Shown here: positions 1-9,791 of the stretch, in pieces
Numbering within the stretch: position 1 is the first letter of the stretch
Layout of the letters: every line of letters starts with the position of its first letter
Assembly (NCBI GenBank): GCA_031972195.1
Contig: DALYFE010000002.1
Span: forward strand, 1 to 34,719
DNA: 34,719 nt
Source of the DNA: Chlamydiales bacterium
GTDB lineage: Bacteria > Chlamydiota > Chlamydiia > Chlamydiales > SM23-39
Reading direction: 5' to 3'
Made by a program: the position numbers and the translations under genes
Notes under the pieces: model-generated
What the model was told of the DNA's origin: nothing
The model's input: only the letters and a program-made list of their open reading frames with translations
The model's database searches: none

Positions 1-97
1 CCTTCGCCGTTTTGCCTGTTTTAAAATCTACTGGCAATTTTTATATCTTATTTGGATTTTTACTTTTGCGATTGTTTATTTAATTGGAGCAAAATAG
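1..97 (+). CDS. cyoC: 3' end of cytochrome bo3-type ubiquinol oxidase subunit III (partial, enters from the left edge)
   Basis: Reading from base 2 gives ...KIYWQFLYLIWIFTFAIVYLIGAK*, resembling the conserved YWHFVDVVW-FLF C-terminal helix of heme-copper oxidase subunit III. Stop TAG is at 95-97, one nt before the cyoD ATG. cyoD and cyoE follow. Confidence 0.55.
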   Translation, partial: LRRFACFKIYWQFLYLIWIFTFAIVYLIGAK

Positions 98-98
98 G

Positions 99-443
99 AT
101 GCATAATCATTCTCATTCGACAGATAGTCCTCCCCGAAACGAAGAATATGGGTCATTCCGTTCGTATGGACTGGGGTTTGTTTGGTCGATTGTCTTGACT
201 CTTGTTTCCTATGTTTTGGTGGCAGAGAAGATGCTCTCGGGAGCAGTGTTGGGAGCGTCGATTGGTTTGCTTGCGATGATTCAAGCCTTCATGCAGCTGG
301 CATTATTTTTAAACTTGTGGAAAGAGCCTAAGCCTCGCTGGAATATTCTTATCTTTTTCTTTATGGTCATGGTAGTCGTGATTTTGGTGTTTGGATCCAT
401 TTGGATCATGAACAATTTGAATTACAATTTGATGAGCGAGTAA
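99..443 (+). CDS. cyoD: cytochrome o ubiquinol oxidase subunit IV
   Basis: Small three-TM protein (GSFRSYGLGFVWSIVLTLVSY...LALFLNLW...) typical of CyoD. GGAG at 86-89 precedes ATG 99. The ORF track start at 84 is a TTG that would overlap the cyoC stop, so ATG 99 is preferred. Confidence 0.85.
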   Translation: MHNHSHSTDSPPRNEEYGSFRSYGLGFVWSIVLTLVSYVLVAEKMLSGAVLGASIGLLAMIQAFMQLALFLNLWKEPKPRWNILIFFFMVMVVVILVFGSIWIMNNLNYNLMSE

Positions 444-447
444 TTGT

Positions 448-1302
448 TTGATTAAAACATATTATTTATTGACAAAGCCGGGAATTATTATGGGCAACTT
501 GATTACCACTGCCGCCGCGTTTTTTTTGGGCTCTAGGGGCCACTTGGATGTATGGCTTTTTACAGCAACAGTTGCCGGGTTGTTTTTCGTGATTGCATCT
601 GCCTGTGTATTCAACAATTACATCGATCGAATCGCTGATGGGAAAATGGAGCGGACAAAACACCGGGCTTTGGCGCGGGGGCTTGTTTCCGGCAGAAGCG
701 CACTTGGATTTGCAATTGTTCTAGGTTTAGTTGGAGCCTGCATTTTGGGCTGTTATACGAACCTATGGGCATTTTTTTCAGCTGTCGTCGGTTTTTTTAT
801 CTATGTAGTGCTGTACAGCTTTTGGAAATACCGAACCATGTATGCAACGCTTGTTGGAAGTATTGCAGGCGCGATTCCTCCGGTGGTTGGTTATTGCGCT
901 GCAAGCAATCGATTTGATTTGGGCGCTTTCATTTTATTTTTGATCCTTGTCTGTTGGCAGATGCCTCATTTTTTTTCGATCTCTATGTACCGATTCGATG
1001 ATTATAAAGCGGCATCTATCCCTGTCTTGCCTGTGGAGAGCGGAGCTTTTGCCACGAAAAGACAGATTCTTTGCTATATCATTGCATTCATGGTGGCAAC
1101 CCTGATGCTTCCTTTGTTCGGGTATGTGGGATACATTTATCTAATCGGATCTTCCTTGTTGGGCATTGCCTGGCTTAGACTTGGCATCAAGGGGTTTTCA
1201 AGCGACAACGACCATGTATGGGCGCGTAAAATGTTTCGGTTTTCTTTGGTAGTGATCATGGGCATGTCCGCGATGATCTCATTCGATGGCATCCTCGGAT
1301 GA
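448..1302 (+). CDS. cyoE: protoheme IX farnesyltransferase (heme O synthase)
   Basis: Collinear with E. coli CyoE: LTKPGIIMGNLIT, VFNNYIDRIADGKMERTKHRAL, GAIPPVVGYCA, WQMPHFFSISMYRFDDYKAASIPVLPV. TTG start. Confidence 0.93.
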   Translation: MIKTYYLLTKPGIIMGNLITTAAAFFLGSRGHLDVWLFTATVAGLFFVIASACVFNNYIDRIADGKMERTKHRALARGLVSGRSALGFAIVLGLVGACILGCYTNLWAFFSAVVGFFIYVVLYSFWKYRTMYATLVGSIAGAIPPVVGYCAASNRFDLGAFILFLILVCWQMPHFFSISMYRFDDYKAASIPVLPVESGAFATKRQILCYIIAFMVATLMLPLFGYVGYIYLIGSSLLGIAWLRLGIKGFSSDNDHVWARKMFRFSLVVIMGMSAMISFDGILG

Positions 1303-1982
1303 ACGAACAATTTCAACTTCCCCGCCAGAAAATCTCTCAGGAGCTGATTCGATTTCTTCCTGAGATCATTAAAAGAAATCGATTGCGTGTCCGTCCAGCC
1401 TCTAAAACTCAGATGCTCTCTATTGCAGAGGTGTCTCGGAGAATTCTCTCAGAGGGTTTGCCAAGCCGGTTCGCGCTTAAAAAATTACCGAAAAAACTTG
1501 GGTTTGGCATTTTTTTGAAGTTGGATGCAAAACCGATTGCAAGGGGAGAAGTGATTGCCCCGTATACCGGAGAAGTGCTTTTGTGTTCTCAAAATGAGGA
1601 AGGCCAGTCTGATTATATATTTGCTCTGGCCGCTGACTTGACTCTCACAAAGTTAGAGCAGCAAGTGTTGGACCCTAAGCACAAGTACCATCCCCGCCGT
1701 CTTTATGCCATTGATGTGGATGCTGAAAAAATGGGGAATTTCACCCGTTTTATCAACCATTCTGATGAGCCGAACGTAGAAGCGGACCTGTTGCGGGTTC
1801 CAAAAAACGATTTAGGCTTGGCGCCTTCTTTTTTTGAAATGATCTATTTCGCGAAAAAAACGATTCATCCCGGAGAGCAGCTTCTTGTCTGTTATGAAGG
1901 GGACGATAATAGCTATTGGGGAGCCTCCGGCATCGAGCCGTTTCCCATGCATCCGAGAACATTTCGATTGGATGAGCTGTAG
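1299..1982 (+). CDS. SET-domain protein (lysine methyltransferase, chlamydial NUE/cpnSET-like)
   Basis: SET signatures RFINHSDEPN (NHSxxPN) and GEQLLVCYEGD near the C-terminus. The ATG overlaps the cyoE stop (ATGA at 1299-1302). Confidence 0.85.
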   Translation: MNEQFQLPRQKISQELIRFLPEIIKRNRLRVRPASKTQMLSIAEVSRRILSEGLPSRFALKKLPKKLGFGIFLKLDAKPIARGEVIAPYTGEVLLCSQNEEGQSDYIFALAADLTLTKLEQQVLDPKHKYHPRRLYAIDVDAEKMGNFTRFINHSDEPNVEADLLRVPKNDLGLAPSFFEMIYFAKKTIHPGEQLLVCYEGDDNSYWGASGIEPFPMHPRTFRLDEL

Positions 1983-1993
1983 CAGTTTTTGGG

Positions 1994-3352
1994 TTATGCG
2001 AATGCTAGGTCAGGTAGTGTAGATATCTCATTTTTTGGAAGTTGATCGCTAATTTTCATCATTAATTCGAAATCGAGAGGGAGTTTCGATTGGATCTCAT
2101 TGCTTAAGATGTTTCGATAGAGAGTATATTTTCGTGAAACGAATTCTTTTATTTTTTTTATCAAATTTATATGGTCTTGAATTAATGGATTGACCAATGA
2201 AGATCCTCTGTTTTCTACAAACCGCGTCATATAGTATTTTATGTCGTCTTCGCATGTTTGCTGGGAAGAAGCGGCTTCTTGATCATTGCTCTCGCTTAAG
2301 ATTTTGCTGTCGCAATCTTTGAAGATTGCTTGCGCTGATTTTTTTCCTTCGGCAAGTAAAGATTCAAGAGCATCCAATAGCCGCACCGCAAATAGAGTCG
2401 ATTCGGGTGTTTTCCAAGCGCAATTGTGAACTAATTGAGTGAAGGGGCGCTTGTTTAAGGAAGATAGTATCGGAATGGGGGTTGCTTTTATTTCCTGATA
2501 CAAGTTCTTGATGACAGTTTTGTAGCTCTCTTCTGTCAGAGAAAAGACCGAGAGTGATTTTTTTATATCGGTTGGCAAAGAACCGGAGGTGTATCGTCCT
2601 ACGGCAATTCCGTCGCTCACATGAGCTATGAAATTTTCTGATAAAACAAGGGCTGCCACATGACCGGAAATGATTCCGTTCCTAGCTCCCTTATCGCCTG
2701 TTTTAATAATGTGGACAGGAGATTCTTTAAAGTTGATTACTTCCTTATCACTGAACGACATGGCCTTTTCAAAGAGGGGAAGCTGGTTGATTTTTGATAA
2801 CGTTTGATTTCGATTGCCCAGCTCTTTCGTTATATCAACAATTCGGTTCCAGAAGTAGGAATGGGAAAAGCCTTCCAGAGGAACCATGTGATTATTGACG
2901 ATCGTATTTCCGTCGATTTCAAAGACGTGGCCTAGCAGCTTTCTTTCTATAATTTCTTTGTCGTAAAATGAGCTTTCTAATGCAGCGGGCAGCGGTTCTG
3001 TAGGATACCTGCTCATCCAAGCTAAGGCAGGCGTTAAATAATCGAATCCTTCTTTTGGAGAAGCTCCGCAATCAATCAGGGGCTGCACCCAATCTTTTGC
3101 TCCCATAATAATAGCTCGTAAAAGAAAATTTTTTGGAGGGAGTCTCTTTTCTTTGCATAATTGCATGAGTTTTGTAGTGCTTCTCTCATTGGCTACTTCA
3201 TCCCAAGTAATCGATTTTGCAAGGCAGGAAAATAGGGAAATGTTTGAGTGCGGGGGCATCTGCAGAGGGGAGAGAGAGGCTGCAATCAATCCTTGTCCTT
3301 TCGCCGCATCTAAAAAAGGATTATTGCTATTAATAATTGAGTAGTTATTCAT
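1994..3352 (-). CDS. hypothetical protein with an N-terminal ankyrin-like repeat and a possible clan CE (Ulp1/ChlaDUB-like) cysteine protease core
   Basis: 452 aa uninterrupted ORF. FLLRAIIMGAKDWVQPLIDCGASP resembles an ankyrin repeat. GHVAALVLSENFIAHVSDG (H231, D247) and TQLVHNCAW (Q306, C311) match the His-x16/17-Asp...Gln-x5-Cys order of clan CE. Function is inferred only. Confidence 0.6.
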   Translation of the reverse strand: MNNYSIINSNNPFLDAAKGQGLIAASLSPLQMPPHSNISLFSCLAKSITWDEVANERSTTKLMQLCKEKRLPPKNFLLRAIIMGAKDWVQPLIDCGASPKEGFDYLTPALAWMSRYPTEPLPAALESSFYDKEIIERKLLGHVFEIDGNTIVNNHMVPLEGFSHSYFWNRIVDITKELGNRNQTLSKINQLPLFEKAMSFSDKEVINFKESPVHIIKTGDKGARNGIISGHVAALVLSENFIAHVSDGIAVGRYTSGSLPTDIKKSLSVFSLTEESYKTVIKNLYQEIKATPIPILSSLNKRPFTQLVHNCAWKTPESTLFAVRLLDALESLLAEGKKSAQAIFKDCDSKILSESNDQEAASSQQTCEDDIKYYMTRFVENRGSSLVNPLIQDHINLIKKIKEFVSRKYTLYRNILSNEIQSKLPLDFELMMKISDQLPKNEISTLPDLAFA

Positions 3353-3483
3353 AGAAACGTAATTCTTTTGACAGTTGATTATACTTTTATTTTTTTATTA
3401 AGTCAATGATTTTGTTGTTAATTTATTTTTGAAATTAGAAATGTAATTTATTATTTTTTTATAATTGTGTAATAATTTTTTTA

Positions 3484-4488
3484 TTACTTAAATCCAAGTA
3501 TATGGGCCAAGAAATAGGTCAAGGCTCCAACGCAGCCGGCTCCGGGAAGGGTGAAAATCCAGGCAAGTACAAGCCTTCTTGGAACGTGCCATTGAACAGC
3601 CTTCCAACCCTTTGCGGTCCCAACTCCGGTAATACCTCCGGCAATCACGTGCGTAGAGCTCACAGGCATGCCGAGAAAACTTGCGATCAGGATGACCATG
3701 GAGGAGGACGCTTCCGCTGCAAATCCTTGGACGGGGGTAATTCTTGTAATAGAAAAGCCCATTGTTTTGATGATCCGAAACCCTCCGGAGGCAGTTCCTA
3801 GTCCCATGATGGTGGCGCAAGCGATGATGACCCACAACGGAATGGAGGGACTGTGAATATAACCTCCTGCAAAAAGCCCAAGAGTGATGATCCCCATGCT
3901 TTTTTGAGCATCGTTTAGACCGTGGGAGAGAGCGACAAAGCAGGCGGAACCGACCTGTAGGTGCCGAAACATATTTTTATCCGCTGCATTGGGGTTTTTT
4001 GTGAAATAGAAAAAGAGGATTTTCATGACCACCAAGGCGATGAAAAATCCGATGAGGGGAGATGCGACCATGGGGATGATCACTTTCCCAATCAGCCCTG
4101 ACCAAATGATCGTCTCTGTCCCTTCATGGGCCCAAGCAGAGCCGACGAGTCCTCCGATCAGCGCATAAGAAGAGCTGCTGGGCAGTCCGTAATACCATGT
4201 CGCCAGATTCCAGAAGATCGCTCCGGAGACGGCGCATAAAACAACCACCTGTGTCGTATCTGCCGTATGGACCAATCCGGAAGAAATGGTGGCTGCAACA
4301 CCGCTGATTTGAGTGGCGCCAATGAAATTCAAGACTCCTGCCATTACAATGGCTGACAGAGGGGCCAAGACGCGTGTGGCAATCACCGTTGCGACCACAT
4401 TGGCTGCATCGTGAAAACCATTGGTATAGTCGAAAAAAAGTCCTAAAACGACGATAGCGATGACTGTAAAGTCCATAAAATTCTTCAT
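3484..4488 (-). CDS. inorganic phosphate transporter, PiT family
   Basis: Multi-TM protein with PHO4/PiT motifs GFHDAANVVAT and GLNDAQKSMGII. ATG at 4488 (MKNFMDF...) is preferred over the TTG at 4512 used by the track. Confidence 0.9.
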   Translation of the reverse strand: MKNFMDFTVIAIVVLGLFFDYTNGFHDAANVVATVIATRVLAPLSAIVMAGVLNFIGATQISGVAATISSGLVHTADTTQVVVLCAVSGAIFWNLATWYYGLPSSSSYALIGGLVGSAWAHEGTETIIWSGLIGKVIIPMVASPLIGFFIALVVMKILFFYFTKNPNAADKNMFRHLQVGSACFVALSHGLNDAQKSMGIITLGLFAGGYIHSPSIPLWVIIACATIMGLGTASGGFRIIKTMGFSITRITPVQGFAAEASSSMVILIASFLGMPVSSTHVIAGGITGVGTAKGWKAVQWHVPRRLVLAWIFTLPGAGCVGALTYFLAHILGFK

Positions 4489-4521
4489 AGCTGAGAAGCT
4501 ATGGAGAAGCAAGGAATTTAG

Positions 4522-4550
4522 TTTACTTGCAGTAGGTATTTTTCTATAAT
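4522..4550 (+). promoter_or_regulatory. candidate sigma-70/66-type promoter for the cyclophilin gene
   Basis: TTTACT (4522-4527), 17 nt spacer, TATAAT (4545-4550). AGGGAGG RBS at 4569-4575, ATG at 4581. Confidence 0.35.
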
Positions 4551-4580
4551 CGGCCTCTCTTAGTAAGCAGGGAGGTTTTT

Positions 4581-5129
4581 ATGGTTAAGTTGTTTTCTGT
4601 TTTATTAGCATTTTTTTTCCCATTTTGCAGCATTCAAACTCAGGAGGTTTCTGCGGTGAAAAAGTCTATTGTTGTTTTTGAAACTTCTTTAGGAAATATC
4701 GAAATTACGCTAAAGCCCGATGTGGCTCCCAAGGCGTGTGAAAATTTTGTAGGACTGATTGAAAATCATTACTATGACGGGATTATTTTCCATCGGATCA
4801 TTAAGAACTTCATGATCCAGGGTGGAGATCCGACAGGAACCGGAGCCGGAGGGGAATCGATTTGGAAAAAACCGTTTGCCGATGAATGCACGGCGAATGT
4901 GAAATTCGATAAGCCGGGCCTTCTTGCGATGGCGAATCGGGGACCTGCCACGAATGGAAGTCAGTTTTTTATCACAACGGCTGCAACTCCATGGCTCAAT
5001 ATGCGCCATACTATTTTTGGAGAAGTTACAGCAGGGTATGACATCGTTCAAAAAATGGAAGCGGTGAAGACAGGGCCTCAAGACCGCCCCGTTGAAGCGG
5101 TAAAAATTCTCAAAGCATACGTTAAGTAA
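4581..5129 (+). CDS. secreted/periplasmic cyclophilin-type peptidyl-prolyl cis-trans isomerase
   Basis: Signal peptide MVKLFSVLLAFFFPFCS. Cyclophilin core FHRIIKNFMIQGGDPTGTGAGGESIW...LAMANRGPATNGSQFFIT...HTIFGEV. Confidence 0.93.
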   Translation: MVKLFSVLLAFFFPFCSIQTQEVSAVKKSIVVFETSLGNIEITLKPDVAPKACENFVGLIENHYYDGIIFHRIIKNFMIQGGDPTGTGAGGESIWKKPFADECTANVKFDKPGLLAMANRGPATNGSQFFITTAATPWLNMRHTIFGEVTAGYDIVQKMEAVKTGPQDRPVEAVKILKAYVK

Positions 5130-5139
5130 AAATCCTTTG

Positions 5140-5175
5140 CGCCGCACTGGTTTTCGTATAGGACTGGGTGCGGCG
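5140..5175 (+). terminator. weak hairpin downstream of the cyclophilin gene
   Basis: CGCCGCAC (5140-5147) pairs with GTGCGGCG (5168-5175) across a 20 nt loop, followed by TGTCATTTTGCC. Confidence 0.3.
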
Positions 5176-5218
5176 TGTCATTTTGCCTTTAAGTAAAAAC
5201 ATATAAATAGGGGTTACC

Positions 5219-5668
5219 ATGAGAGTACAGCCTGAAGAACAAAATCCTGCAGCAATGCGGCCGATTCGTGTAGCTGAGGATGCAGAGATTTTTGTAGATC
5301 GCATCGTGGCGTTTGAAGGTCGCGGGTATATTAAGCCATACGCCCCCTTTTTATTGGAATCAAGCAGCCCTGTTTACTTTGCTTATGTTAAGGACTATGG
5401 AGATGGACGGACTCGTAGCGGTGATCTTCCAGCGTACTTGATGTCATCTCGTTATGTTCTGTCAAGATTGCATGATATAAACACTACGCCTGTTCCTTGC
5501 TGGTTAAGCAATGATTTGCAACATAGCTCTAATGTCCGAATGAGGTTAGCAACAGATTCTGAAATCATGGCAATTGCTAAAGCAGTTGATTCTGGTCAGG
5601 CAAAGTTTGAGGCTCGTGAGTGTATAGAGAGAACAAACGAAATTTTTAAAAATGTTCTTAATTCGTAA
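5219..5668 (+). CDS. hypothetical protein (149 aa, no recognisable family)
   Basis: Clean ORF with AGGGG 7 nt upstream of the ATG. It is bracketed by hairpins at 5140-5175 and 5692-5727. I recognise no motif. Confidence 0.55.
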   Translation: MRVQPEEQNPAAMRPIRVAEDAEIFVDRIVAFEGRGYIKPYAPFLLESSSPVYFAYVKDYGDGRTRSGDLPAYLMSSRYVLSRLHDINTTPVPCWLSNDLQHSSNVRMRLATDSEIMAIAKAVDSGQAKFEARECIERTNEIFKNVLNS

Positions 5669-5691
5669 TTCCCTCCAAATTTATTTGATGT

Positions 5692-5727
5692 AAAAAAAAA
5701 GCCCTCGGTTTCCCGAGGGCTTTTTTT
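5692..5727. terminator. bidirectional intrinsic terminator (orphan ORF / groEL)
   Basis: A9 run, GCCCTCGG (5701-5708), loop TTTC, CCGAGGGC (5713-5720), T7 run. Lies between convergent genes. Confidence 0.8.
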
Positions 5728-5750
5728 ATGAACGTTCGTTTTGTTAAAAA

Positions 5751-7397
<1,647 letters not shown>

Positions 7398-7712
7398 TTA
7401 TTCTTCAATGGTAGCGATGATGTCATCGGCTTTTAAGATCATGAACTCCTCGTCATCGATGGTCACTTCTTGTCCGGAATATTTATCCATTAGAATGACA
7501 TCGCCCACTTTCACTGGGATAGGGAGTGTGTTTCCGTCATCGAGTCTTTTGCCCGATCCTACGCTGACGACTTTCGCCGTTTCCTGTTTTTTCTTTGCGG
7601 AATCCGGGAGGATAATTCCACCTTTCATCGTTTCTTGCGGCTCTAGCCGTTGGACCAGTACGCGGTTGCCCAAAGGTTTTAAGGTGATTTTTTTTGCAGT
7701 TTCTTGGGTCAT
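7398..7712 (-). CDS. groES: co-chaperonin GroES
   Basis: 104 aa with LKPLGNRVLVQRLE...GGIILPDSAKKK...KVGDVILMDKYSGQEV. Sits 21 nt upstream of groEL. Confidence 0.97.
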   Translation of the reverse strand: MTQETAKKITLKPLGNRVLVQRLEPQETMKGGIILPDSAKKKQETAKVVSVGSGKRLDDGNTLPIPVKVGDVILMDKYSGQEVTIDDEEFMILKADDIIATIEE

Positions 7713-7830
7713 ACGTTTTTTCTCCAGTTTACTTAAGCTCCCTCCTCCGGAAGTAGATCCTGAGGGGGAGGATTTCCTAAAATGTTCTAGCAGGGAATAT
7801 ATCGAACTATGGGTATTTTTGCAACAGGAT

Positions 7831-7857
7831 TTAGCAGAATGTTAAATAGATTGCTAA
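7831..7857. promoter_or_regulatory. degenerate CIRCE-like inverted repeat in the groES/pepF divergent promoter region
   Basis: TTAGCAgaa-N9-gatTGCTAA: the outer hexamers TTAGCA/TGCTAA are spaced 15 nt apart exactly as in TTAGCACTC-N9-GAGTGCTAA, but the inner triplets do not match. It lies 6 nt upstream of a minus-strand TTGCAA-N17-TATATT candidate promoter for groES. It also overlaps a plus-strand TTGCTA-N17-TACAAT candidate promoter for pepF. Confidence 0.35.
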
Positions 7858-7943
7858 TCATCGGGTGTTGTTTTACAATTTTCCTTTACGGAGAATCTTC
7901 GAACAGACTAAAATACAGTGATTTAACTAATTTGGAGGGATCG

Positions 7944-9749
7944 ATGGCAAGGACTCGGAGCGAGTTGAAAGAGCAAGAAAAATGGAATGTGGAGGCTTTG
8001 TACCCAAATCCTAAGGCTTGGAACCTGGAATTTTCGGAATTGAGAGGGGGGGATTCCTCTCCCAGATGGCCTCAGCTCTCTTCCTATAAGGGGAAGCTTG
8101 CCGATCCGGCTGCTGCCGCATCTTTTTTTGAACTCTATTTTGGACTGGATCGAAAGCTATCCAAGCTTCATACATATGCCCATTTAAGAATGGATGAGGA
8201 TCTTGGGAACGATGATTCGAAAAGAGATTATGGCTTAATTTCTAGCTTGTTCCACGATTTTTCCCAGGAATACTCTTGGGTTGAGCCGGAATTATTGAGT
8301 CTGAAAGTCGATGAATTCAAAAAATTAATTAACAATAGCGCGCTCCAGCCGTATCGATTTTTTTTAGAGAAGATCGGGAGGATGAGGCCGCACACTTTGT
8401 CGGCGGAGCTGGAGGAAATGCTCGCTTTGAGCGGCAAGGCATTAGATACTTCCTACAAGGCTTTTGGAGCGCTTAACAATGCGGACTTGAGTTTTGCCCC
8501 CGCGGTAGATAGCGAAGGCAAGGAATATCCGCTTACGAATGGGACCTATCTCTCTTACATGCGCAGTCCGGATCGCAATTTGAGAAAGACGGCGTTTTTG
8601 AATTTGCACAAAGGCTTCGAATCCCATGCAAACACAATTTGCGAATTGCTCAATGGACAAGTGCAGAGCCATTTATACCATGCTCGAGCGAGAAAATTTT
8701 CAAGTTGCGTTGGGGCTGCCTTATTTGTTCATCAGATTGAGCCGATTGTTTACGAGAATTTAATTGCTTCAGTGTCCAAGGCGCATCCGGCGATGCACGA
8801 ATACATTGGTTTAAGAAAAAAAATTCTAGGACTCGATGAGCTCCATTTTTATGACCTCATGGTTCCTTTAGTGGAGGATGTGCAAATCTCGATGACTTAT
8901 CCTGAGGCGTGCCAGGCGGTGATTGATTCTGTAGCTGTTTTGGGGGAGGCCTATCAGGCGGATGTAAAGAAAGGGCTTCTTGAAGAGCGTTGGGTGGATG
9001 TGTACGAAACGCCTCGCAAGCGTTCTGGCGCTTATTCGAGCGGCTGCTATGACAGTATGCCATATATTTTGATGAACTATCAGGGAACGTTGAACGATGT
9101 TTTGACGTTGGCCCATGAAGCAGGCCATAGCATGCACAGTCTTCTTAGCCGGCGCAATCAACCTTATGTCTATTCCCGCTATCCGATCTTTGTAGCTGAA
9201 GTTGCATCGACATTCAACGAGCAGCTTCTCTTGAAAACCTTGAAGTCCCGTATCCAATCGAAGAAAGAAAGAGCGTATTTGATCAATTATGAAATTGAGG
9301 GGATTCGAGCGACCATTTTCCGGCAAACTCTCTTTGCTGAATTTGAGCTGCAGCTTCATAAATGGGCGGAAGAAGGAGTGCCTTTAACTCCGACGCTTCT
9401 TAAGGAACGTTATATACAGCTTAATCGCAACTATTATGGATCGGATCTTGCGATCGATAAGGAGTTAGAGATCGAGTGGGCTCGGATTCCTCACTTTTAT
9501 TATAATTTTTATGTCTACCAGTATGCAACGGGCTTAAGCGCTGCGTTGGCATTGTTTCAGCAGGTGCAAGCATCTCCCGATGCAAAGCAGAGATATTTAG
9601 ATTTTCTTTCCTCGGGAGGAAGCCGGTATCCGGTCGATCTATTGCAAAAAGCAGGTGTTGATATGCGCTCTACTGCGGCAGTTGACGCAGCTATGCAGCG
9701 TTTCCAAGAACTTTTGACAGAGCTGAAAGAGTGCTTGGATATTCAATAG
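7944..9749 (+). CDS. pepF: oligoendopeptidase F (M3B metallopeptidase)
   Basis: HEAGHSMH zinc motif and the typical N-terminus R-ELKEQEKWNVEALY. GGAGG at 7934-7938 precedes ATG 7944. The track's 45-codon N-terminal extension from 7809 lies in promoter sequence. Confidence 0.93.
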   Translation: MARTRSELKEQEKWNVEALYPNPKAWNLEFSELRGGDSSPRWPQLSSYKGKLADPAAAASFFELYFGLDRKLSKLHTYAHLRMDEDLGNDDSKRDYGLISSLFHDFSQEYSWVEPELLSLKVDEFKKLINNSALQPYRFFLEKIGRMRPHTLSAELEEMLALSGKALDTSYKAFGALNNADLSFAPAVDSEGKEYPLTNGTYLSYMRSPDRNLRKTAFLNLHKGFESHANTICELLNGQVQSHLYHARARKFSSCVGAALFVHQIEPIVYENLIASVSKAHPAMHEYIGLRKKILGLDELHFYDLMVPLVEDVQISMTYPEACQAVIDSVAVLGEAYQADVKKGLLEERWVDVYETPRKRSGAYSSGCYDSMPYILMNYQGTLNDVLTLAHEAGHSMHSLLSRRNQPYVYSRYPIFVAEVASTFNEQLLLKTLKSRIQSKKERAYLINYEIEGIRATIFRQTLFAEFELQLHKWAEEGVPLTPTLLKERYIQLNRNYYGSDLAIDKELEIEWARIPHFYYNFYVYQYATGLSAALALFQQVQASPDAKQRYLDFLSSGGSRYPVDLLQKAGVDMRSTAAVDAAMQRFQELLTELKECLDIQ

Positions 9750-9791
9750 CTTGCGGATAGCAGTTTAATTAGAGGCTGGTAACAGCTTTTT

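Noticed and set aside
7764-7777. Exact 14-mer GGGGGAGGATTTCC shared with 32633-32646 (the groES leader and the rpsO terminator hairpin)
   Set aside because: Several exact 14-mer coincidences are expected by chance in 35 kb on two strands. Both are purine-run/SD-like sequences, and the flanks do not align.
7809-7943. 45-codon N-terminal extension of pepF suggested by the ORF track
   Set aside because: There is no RBS at 7809, and it covers promoter and CIRCE-like sequence. ATG 7944 has GGAGG 6 nt upstream and gives the family-typical N-terminus.
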